A DNA stretch of 64,000 bases. Origin: Haliotis rubra (Eukaryota). Under the pieces are notes generated by a model. The model was not told the DNA's origin and did no database searches. It saw only the letters and a list, made by a program, of their open reading frames with translations. Positions 52,084 to 61,600 of this stretch are shown here, one piece after another; position 1 is the first letter of the stretch, and each line of letters begins with the position of its first letter. Location of the stretch: the NCBI RefSeq assembly GCF_003918875.1, contig NW_025767202.1, positions 2,542,001-2,606,000 of the forward strand, in the 5' to 3' direction. The translations under genes and the position numbers were made by a program.

Positions 52084-52322
52084 TTAATCAATAGCTTCTA
52101 CTTCAGGCGGATAAATAGGCATTTCGTCTTAGCCTTCTGGCACGTGTAATGGTCAATAGCAAAGACTCAGCCTGGTTAATAGGCATTAAGTATTTAGTAA
52201 TTCAAGAGAAGAGAAGAATGTGTGAAACCAAATCATTTGTCTGTTAAATTAATAAGGATAATAGATTAATAAGGACAGACTGATCCATAAGTACTACCAA
52301 CAAAAAGGGGCTGGTTATTGGA

Positions 52323-52579
52323 GTGAGTGAATGAGTGAGTGAGTTGAATTTTACGCCGCACTCAGCAACATTCCAGCTATATGCTTGCGGTCTGTAAATA
52401 ATCGAGTCTGGACCAGACAATCCAGTGATCAACAGCATGGGCATCGATCTGCGCAATGTGGAACCGAATGACATGTGTCAACCAAGTCAACGAGTCTGAC
52501 CACCCGATCCCGTTTGTCGCCTCTTACGACAAGCATGGGTTACTGAAGGCCAATACTCTAATCCGGACCTTCACGGGCC
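52323..52579 (-). mobile_element. SINE family 2 (no tRNA head), full-length with 13-bp TSD
   Basis: TSD gctggttattgga at 52310-52322 and 52580-52592. 5' end ggcccgtgaaggtccgg; 3' gctggaatgttgctgagtgcggcgtaaaa followed by (actc)n. Confidence 0.95.
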
Positions 52580-53108
52580 GCTGGTTATTGGAATGTAGCC
52601 ATCGTTGAGGTACATATTTACAACACTATGGCATTGCATCTGATCAACATTTGATAAAATTACGCATCATGCATGAACAGTATGTGTTGCATCTCCATAC
52701 GGAAGCCATCGTGAGTGCATCTCTAGGGGGATCTGATAATCACAAATGTATCGTCAGTATCTCCAATTGTCAGGATATTGGGTAAGTCAAAACGTGCAAA
52801 TTATCGACTGTTTGACAAGTACAGTCAAACGGGTGAGGTTGCATTACGACTGGTCTTGGCAGGCCAAATAAACAACATTGAGCCAAGATCATCCCATTAA
52901 ATCAGTTGCACTCAGCAAATCCAATTTGTCCCTGTTATGGAAGAGATTTCCGTGTCACATAAGAAAGGCGGATTTCACTATATACCTTTAAAAACGGTTC
53001 TACGATGTCTGTCTGAAAATATGGCGTCCTCTGTTAGGTCTGTCCATCATACCTCCCCATTGGCAGGACATTGGAGTTAGCTGGAACAAATTGTTCACCT
53101 CTAGCCTT

Positions 53109-53729
53109 CAGTTTAAGTAAACTTAGCCTGGGTATTATTCGTTCCACTGAGCTATATACTGAGTCTTACAAGACCTTGTGGAAGGTCGCGTCAGGTAACC
53201 TTTGAGCGACCTATGACCGTCCAATCAAACGCGAGACGACAGAACGGATTTAACCAATCAGACAACGGCTACTATTTAGGGTTCGGCGGAACTTTACTCT
53301 TCCCCGGTCGCCAACACTGATCTCACAACAAATGAAAACCCGCATAAAACAGAGATATATGACCTGCAGAATATACGCTTTTGGGTTTCTGTTGACATGG
53401 CTATCATTAGCTAATATTTCCGCAAGGTGACATCCTTGAATACTGACAAAAAGCTATTTTTAGCGACTGTTTACTCACGGTTGTGGCATGCTCCATCTGC
53501 ATCACTCGGAAGCGATCGTACGGGAAATAGCATTCGGAATCTTTCGGGTACAAAATTTTTTCGAGGTAAAGGTTCAAAAGGTATGTGCGAATGTCAACAT
53601 TCGCGATTTGGTAAGGTGTGTTCTGATTGGTCAATTGAAAAGGATACCTGACGCGAACTTACATAAGGTTTTGTTAGACTCAGTATTGCAGTGTAACGAA
53701 TAATACTGAGGCTAAGTTTACTTAGACTG
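53109..53729. mobile_element. MITE with ~85-90-bp imperfect TIRs and ~10-bp TSD
   Basis: cagtttaagtaaacttagcctgggtattattcgtt...tcgcgtcaggta versus its reverse complement at the right end. Flanks ctctagcctt / ctatagcctt. Confidence 0.85.
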
Positions 53730-54199
53730 CTATAGCCTTACACCGCGTTTTAATGAAGGTTTTCCTTCTGATTCACAAATGGGAAGAAACTTTGTTGGCG
53801 ACGTAGGGGCGAGCGGTATGCCAGGGTAACACGTCTTGACAATGATAAGTATAGGTCGGTACTGTCAACGGGGTAGTAAAACAGATGACAAGAGATTTGG
53901 TCATTGAATATGGACATTTAAGTGGCCAGCGATATCATGCAGACATTTGTATTCGTAAGATGCCAAAATACATCCTGAGCAGATCATCTCAAATTGTCTC
54001 CAGTGAGAAGGTGCACGGAGATTTTAGACACTACCTACGATCAAGGTTTCAAATAAAAAGCACATTTTAACACCACTACATCAGTCGATCAAAGATCTTG
54101 GAATACGAGACATGTCGAATAAAATGCACCGATAATCTCAACATGGTAACTGAAGAAAGAAGCTGTCAAAACCACGCATCATCACTGTCACTGTGTATT

Positions 54200-54530
54200 C
54201 TTCAGAAAAGAACCAAGTTCAATTTTGTCAAACATGTCAACATCACATACAATGGTTATCCAAAGAACCTTGTAGAAACCACCATAAAGAAAACACTACA
54301 AGATCAAGTTCAGCCTCCTCCGAAACCTGAACCATCTCCCATCCGCAGCATAGCATTGTGACGTCATAAGCATTGTGACGTCACGGCCAGAGTTAACAGT
54401 TACTGTTCAGTTTACCTGATGATGGGGCCAGAACAAGCCCTGAAACGTTGTACTCGAGAATAAAAAGAAGATGTAACCCAGAAAAAATCTCCATGTTCAT
54501 CAAATATCATCTTCTAAAATGCCAATCAAG
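54200..54530 (+). mobile_element. Short non-autonomous Penelope-derived (pseudo-LTR-like) unit carrying a hammerhead ribozyme
   Basis: NFVKHVNITYNGYPKNLVETTIKKTL (the PLE thumb NGYP motif), then an abrupt switch to a 3' region containing a hammerhead core and AATAAA at 54459. Confidence 0.75.
54413..54452 (+). ncRNA. Minimal type-I hammerhead ribozyme
   Basis: UAC-CUGAUGA-U-GGGGC(CAGAACAA)GCCCU-GAAAC-GUU^GUA. The CUGANGA/GAAA core is intact, with stem II GGGC/GCCC, a palindromic ACGU stem III and a short stem I UAC/GUA. This is the architecture known for PLE-associated minimal hammerheads. Confidence 0.75.
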
Positions 54531-54534
54531 CATC

Positions 54535-54875
54535 TATGTCAGCAACGTTTTACACCACCATTTTGAAACTTAACAAAATACTTCATTCTTTGACCCATTG
54601 CGCATTTGTAATGTGATGTAGATAATGTTACAAGTCCACCTTCAAATTCAGAGGTTAGTTAACAAATTGAAGAAAATGTCAGCTTAAGATTATTGACAAA
54701 GTTTAATGGAACAGGACATTAAGAGATCAAAACCACCTGCCTACAGCTATTGCTTCAAATATATCGATGACCTTTTGTTCTGTAAAATTCACTTGGCTAA
54801 TTGCTTCTTTTGATTTACCCACTTGAACTAGAAATGAAAGAAACCAGTAAAACCGCCTTATCTGTTTCATGTTTA
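54535..54875 (+). mobile_element. Degenerate PLE RT fragment
   Basis: ATFYTTILKLNKILHSLTHCAFV...YSYCFKYIDDLLF...LIYPLELEMKETSKTALSVSCL. Confidence 0.85.
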
Positions 54876-55530
54876 CGTCAATGCTACCGAAGAACTACAA
54901 AAACAGTCCAAACTACCTTTGTCGTTTTCCTACTTGGTATACTTAATACTTACATTACACAACAATACGCTAACGATTATATTGACGAAACTTACATTCT
55001 TTAAATTCCCAATTGGCGTTATGTTTAACATTTTCTGAAAACGCTTAACAAAAATATTATTAATTTGAACGATTGGCGATGTAAAGCGAAAAAATTAAGA
55101 AATCATAATGGAATGCGGAATTGAATGTACCCTATTGAATGGCGTATTCCTTTATGAACTAAATTTTAGAATAATCTTAGTCACCGAGATGTTCATTTGT
55201 TTACAAATTGTATCATTTGTATCTTTGTATCTGTGTGATATAACTTAATTATTGACAATCATTGTGAAGATGGATTCGTCAGCATCTGAGCCACGTAGTT
55301 GCCCCAAAAAAAAAAAAGAAAAAAAAAAAAAAGTGCACACAGATATATAAAGGCTCTCTGGACTCACTTGTATTGTTAAACAGAAATATGTTTTTGTGTC
55401 TATTCATACAGCGCTGGTACTCTTGTGCGACTGAGATTATTTTAACGCTCCAGAAATGAGGCATTATTTACTCTTGTGATTGCCCTTTAACAACTTCAAT
55501 GAGACAAAATAGAAGGTTATTACTGCTCTT

Positions 55531-56320
55531 GAGTGAGTTAAAATTTAACGTCACCTTGGCAATATTTCAGCCATATAGTGACGAGAAATGTTTTACATAA
55601 ACTATAAATTTAGGTCGCTAAATAATCTGTGATCGAAGGACTGTAAAATAACTACAGTATCACAGATGGAGTCTAAACCTAGCATGTACATGTAAAACTA
55701 TTCTATTTATGAAGACAATATAATATAAAAACGAGATATAGGGCGCCAACAACTGAAGGTAGATCACCATACTATAGTTTGGCATGAAATGCATGTGGAC
55801 CCGGTTTTTTGTAAATATCTCTTATGACCCAACACTGCCGCTGTTACAGGTCATTGGCTCCCTCCCTCTGCAAGCATTCTGCGTTCTGCTGTTTATTTTG
55901 TTGACAGTTACATAGACAGATTCTTTAATACAAATGCATGAAATCGGTGATTTACAATGTGATTAGGTTATCTGACAAAACATCCACTTGCACAGTTTGA
56001 GATCGATTGGGTCATTGGATGAAGAGTTATTTACAAAAAAACGGGTTCACATGCATTTCATGCCAAACTACAGGAACCATGGGGACTTACAGTGATTTTG
56101 CTACCTGCATGAACCCTAGTTGGATTTACACCATCCCTTCAGCCGCTGGCGATTGTTTGAAAATTTGGCCGACAGCTAAAATAACAAAAATACTAAAAGT
56201 ATGTTTTACAAATCTGATAAGTCTAAATGTAACTTTGAAGGTTTTGGGACTTACGTACCCTCTCAGAAGGACAATAATTTGACAATACTTTGAGGATACA
56301 GCCACTAGCAATCTAAGTTA
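55531..56320 (-). mobile_element. LINE 3' end (same family as 11314-11667), split by a MITE
   Basis: Reverse-complement match to 11330-11667 on both sides of 55775-56070. Confidence 0.8.
55775..56070. mobile_element. MITE with ~43-bp TIRs inserted at a TA in the LINE 3' UTR
   Basis: tagtttggcatgaaatgcatgtg.acccg.ttttttgtaaata and its reverse complement. The empty site catactagggacc is visible as a reverse complement at about 11410-11422. Confidence 0.9.
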
Positions 56321-58059
56321 CCAATCTAAACTATCAATCATAAAATACATCTATTTATATTGCTTCTGACGAATACATGAAGAATTCATAATCATGTCGC
56401 ATGTGTCATACTGTTTTAGGTAATAACTGTTGCATGATTCGCACCAACCTCAAATTGTTTGGACACCGACTCAGAATGGAGAAAAAACGTTAATGGAAAA
56501 AAGTGTTATAACTAAAAAAGTTGATGAGTGAATGAGTGGAAATGTAAGGTGCAAGTTGTATTTCATGTCTTTCGATAGCGCCGATTAATGCCATGTTCCT
56601 CTATTTATCAAATATCCTCAAATATGTTATGCAATTATGGCTGTTGATAAGGCCAAATAGTTAAGCATTGTTCTCACTTGCACTGTGTGTTCTCTTTCAT
56701 GTTTAATGATAACGCGTTGCACCATGGAGATACAGGGTGAATAACATTGTATCGCAGTTGAACTCCGATCTCATTTATACAATATGTTCAGTTACAGGAT
56801 GAAAGCTTCATTGATAGAAGAGAGGCTGTTGATAAATGATATCGACATAACAGAGTGGTCCCTGTGGGAACAACAATGGGTTTGGATCACGCCACATGTG
56901 AGAACACCGCGTATTGGTTTAGCAAACAGATGGACGCTTGGACAAATTGCCCACCAATGTCGTACATTGATGGTGCATGTCATTGGTGAGTTAACATGTG
57001 AATAAAAACACACACAAACGTTAGCGTCATCCAGGAAGCCTTGCACATCTGGAGATTTAACGAAAGTCTCTTGAATGTGTTTTAAGTGATAAGTTTGTTT
57101 AAAAACGTAACTGTTTCACTTATCTCGCTCTCTTTCTTTACAAAACATATCGGTCTCATATTCCAGCTGTTCGCGAATGTTGCTATGTAGAAGCTCAAAA
57201 CCTGCCTAGATTGTTCTTTCTTACTTCATGTGGGAAAACTACCAGAGTCAGTTACAGAATCAACCACGTCTAATGAAAAGCAAACTCAAGTGAACTTCCT
57301 TCAGCAAGTCCCATTGTGTTCTCAATACCCATTATGTATACACAAGAAATATATACGATGCTCAACAACCGTCGATGATCATGTCTGTTGTCCACCTCCC
57401 GTGTAGCTGTCAAACCAAACCGTTGTATAAACTTCTTCCTGTACCCTGCCACACAGCGACGTACATTCAGCTCACCTCCGGCAGCGGTTGTCAGTCTCCT
57501 TGATAACTGAAGCATAGTCTCGCTGCACTGTCAGCGTCCAATTACAGGAAGAGTAAAGCGATGCAACCACCACACTGCAGATAGGCCCATACCAGCATCA
57601 TACTCAGGACTGCACGAGCGATATTACAGCCATATAGGAACTATATCACTTGATACAGCGGATTACTGGATGTTTCATAATCTAATGGAGCCTATGAATA
57701 GAAGCTTACTGGCTATACTAAAACTTTGACGCCATAAACCATTCAGCAATCTACATTTAGCATAACCTGCACTTGTTTTTCCAACCATCCACATTTATAG
57801 CAGATAATGTAGGAAAGGTTATAGAACCACATTTACTCTTTCTTGTATGCTGCCCCAAAGAATCAAAATGTTCCTAAACAGACTTTCCATGGACACTTGT
57901 ACGTATCTCCTCATAGGTGGAGCATTCCATTAACTAGAGGAATTAATACAAGTAGGTTATTTGTGAGCATTATTTTCCTCTCTCTGTCGGCGGGTACATT
58001 TCGAAATACAGATCCCATTTCTCTTACTGGTGATGAGATAGGTCAAAGTCTTCTCGACA

Positions 58060-58613
58060 TCATCACCTTACCATAGCCAGCTGTTATCTCATGACATAGC
58101 CAGAATAGTAAACATGGCCTCTGATTCAAACAGAGGTGTTTTGATGATGAAGAATAATGGTGATAAGCATACATATACACAAGTGACCCTTTGTACATTT
58201 CGATGACGAGTATATCTTTTTTTCACTTTTTAATGACACAGAGTTAAACGTGTAACTCTAACAATTGGGTGCGAGAGATGAATGTATAATCTTTCAAATT
58301 ATCGATAAACGTTGAAACGCCCAAGTTCATTTCATTTCTCGACCTCCATCACCTTACCATAGACAGCTGTAATCTCATGATATAGCCAGAATAGAAGCAG
58401 GGATTCAAACAGGGATATTTTATGATGAAGGGTATTGATGATAGCAGAAATATACATAACTGAACCTTCGTACATTTCGGTGAAGAATATATATTATCTT
58501 CTTTTTTCACTTTTCAATGGCATAGAGTTAGACTAGCTTTAACAATCGGGTCCGAGAGCTGAATGTATCTTTCAAATTAGAGATAAGCGTCGAAACGCCC
58601 ACAGTTCATTTCA
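58060..58613. repeat. Diverged ~285-bp tandem duplication
   Basis: catcaccttaccatag.cagctgt.atctcatga...gaaacgccca..agttcatttca at about 58060-58335 and 58347-58613. Confidence 0.92.
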
Positions 58614-58639
58614 CTTTAAATATTAAAGTCTTGGTAAAT

Positions 58640-61600
58640 GAAGAACCATAGTCTTCACAGTCTAGATTTCAATACTAAGAAGTCCAACTGGAAGTCATCA
58701 GATAAGCCCTGTTACTCATTTGTTGACTGGATTTATATCGATTGAAATAAAAATAAAAACTAGCACTAAGAAACATTATATTCTTTTAGCGGCACTTTAT
58801 TACAAGTTTCGTAGGTCGTAGCATGGGAATGGTTGACTTGTGTCAATGCACACACTTTCAGGATAACAGGTTATAAGGACCATCATCACATTCTATGCAT
58901 CGAACACCACAGAAAGCGTGACGTCATGCATTTCGATTGCAAACATAATTGCATGATGCATATTTGAACTCCAGTAAATGCATCAATCAATGCCAGCTGG
59001 CTTCAGTCCTTTGATTAAGGAGAAGCTTTGGTTCTTAGTTTCCATTTAAGAAGGTCTTGGAAGTCGGTGAAAGTGACTGAAAAAACGTCCCCTTGTCTAT
59101 TGTTATCAGTTATAGGCGAACCTAACTGAAAGATGAGATTTACAAAAGATTGTAGTATGAAAGCAAACCCTTGAATACTGCATTTCCACTATCGCTACTT
59201 TATTGCTTGATCAGCAGTACAATGAGGCGGGTCTTTCATGCTAGATATGTTGTTCCCCATGAGGGAGTGTCGTGTACTTGGATGTGTTTGACATCGCTAT
59301 TATGTGGCATCAATTCAAGCTCTTCCAGATTGACCATCAAAAAATGACTCGGCGTCTATTTGTTCTGTTGTGTACTGTTGCATGCTCAGTTATTCATCTG
59401 ACAGACACGCAAGAACTGTCCATCCAGTCCTGCAGCCTCTTGAAAACAAGTTAAAATCTGTTCCCCGAAAACAAATGTGTGCTAATCGTACTAATCAAAT
59501 TCACGATTCCGACTTTTGCGTTATCATTTGCTCACGAAATATACCTTAATCTACAATCATACATAGTTTTCGATATCTACAGTGCAGTAACTTTTAAAGA
59601 GGCACCCACTGACAAATCAAGGTAGAGTACACAGAAGGGGTGATATACCAGACAACACTGCACATATAGTTACGTCCCTCAAAAAAGACAAAAGGACGTT
59701 TTGCAATGTGTAGATCACCTCTGGTCAAACGAGGAAAGTGAACCCATCCAAGCTCCTTGTGTTGAGGAAGTAGACATAAGAGGTCGTCTTGGTGGTAAAG
59801 TTACCATCGGAAAGTATACAACCAACATTGTTGTGAGCAGTGATTTGATAATCCTCATGGATATTGCGGTTGCTTGGCTGACTGCTCAGAATCTGTCGAT
59901 AGCTGTGGGTAACCTTGATATAAAGGGAATACTTCAGACATTACTGCATGTCTTCCAACAGTTTCCAACAGTGACTATACATCACCGTTTCCTCATCTAT
60001 TAACAAGGGTATGACACTCCATGCATGTGATGGTACTGGAGAAAACTACTCGTTGGTGAAAGATGGTGAAAGCACATTCCCTTGCAACGGAAGGTTATTT
60101 CTTCTTGCAACATCCCTTGTGACTGAGTCAATCAGGGACAATTGAATTGAGAGAACGATTTCCTGCGTGTATGATAGTGTAACAAGACTTGATTGTGTGA
60201 ACTACCTCTCACAGGAATATTTTCTCCAGCAGGATGGGTGAAAATGATGCAACAACAGAAATGGCCTGGGCCCCCAGCAGCCCCAAATTCAGGTAACACC
60301 AAGCCAGCTTCGTTGTGTCAATAAGTTAAGGATGCAGACAGATGATGAACGAAACAATACAGATTAACAGGGAGCTGATTAAGTTCGGTTAGAAAGCTGA
60401 GACTCCACACCCCTGAATGCACATCTCTGTACTGCTCTAGAAGTTGTAAATGTGCCTGAACATAACATCTAGAAAATGACAGACTAACAGTTATGAATCA
60501 CAATCTAAAGATCTGTGTGTTGAGGTTATGGCATTTTCACATAAGCTGTCATTACAATCACGCTAAAGTGTTAGTTATGAAATCCATGAACTTCAAATCC
60601 TCAATCATGAGGTAATTACCGTTAGATTGCTCTAAGTGGAAAGATAACGGCGTTTATGTATTTGCGCAGCCATTTGGAACACCGCCTCGGGTCTTAAAGG
60701 AATGAATTTCCCCGACTACTGCTGTAGTCGCGCTTGCTCACTGATTTCTTATTTTGGTAATTATCAAATTGGTACCAGTGCTCAGTGTAACGGTACTTTT
60801 TGTCGCGCACATAATTCATATCGAGATCCGTAATTGCTCTGATCAGGCACCGATCGTTAGCATATTTACTTCAAAGCAAATGCTTCTGAGGGACGTGTTT
60901 TTACTGTATTAGATATTTCCTGCTTGTGACTCTTGGGTATTATATGAAATGAATCGCTCAACTAATGACGGGCTCCATTCTGGGGAGCTTTTATTCTGCG
61001 TAATGACAATGGTATATTGGTGTATAATCGCGTATTAGTGAGAGTGGTAACGTTTGAATCATACAACTACAAGGCTTGCTTCGTGGAATAGTACTATCCG
61101 TACTTATTAGAGACCTGGCCCCGATTTCTCGAAACAAACTTAAGTCTGAGTTTTGACTTAAGTTCAAATTTTTACTCAAATTTGAGAAAATGCATTTCCC
61201 AGAATGAACTGAAATCGATATTAAACTCAAACATAGTAGACAACTTGAGTTTGGTGAATAGAATACTTAAGTATTTTAGGCTTTTTTATTTTAAAAAATG
61301 CAGCTGAGTTCAAAATTCAGCTGTTTCAAATTGTCAAACTCAGTTTGACATTTGAGTAAGAACTTAAGTTTGTTTCGAGAAATCGGGGCCTGGACTTAAC
61401 ACAACAGCTGTATGGCGTATTACGTATTCGCCTTTATCTGTAAGTTCCATTAATACAACCTCACCAACTGGACTCTGCTGGCGTCCTTTTCTTCTCAGGG
61501 ACGATTTCATGCGAGTTAATTATTCGGAGTTGACGCTACTAAGCTAGTAACCCAGTCATATCAGACAGCGTCAGACTGACGTGAAAGGTCACGCAAGCAT

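Noticed and set aside
55305-55332. Poly-A tract as a retrocopy tail
   Set aside because: No TSD or recognisable upstream transcript; treated as a simple repeat.
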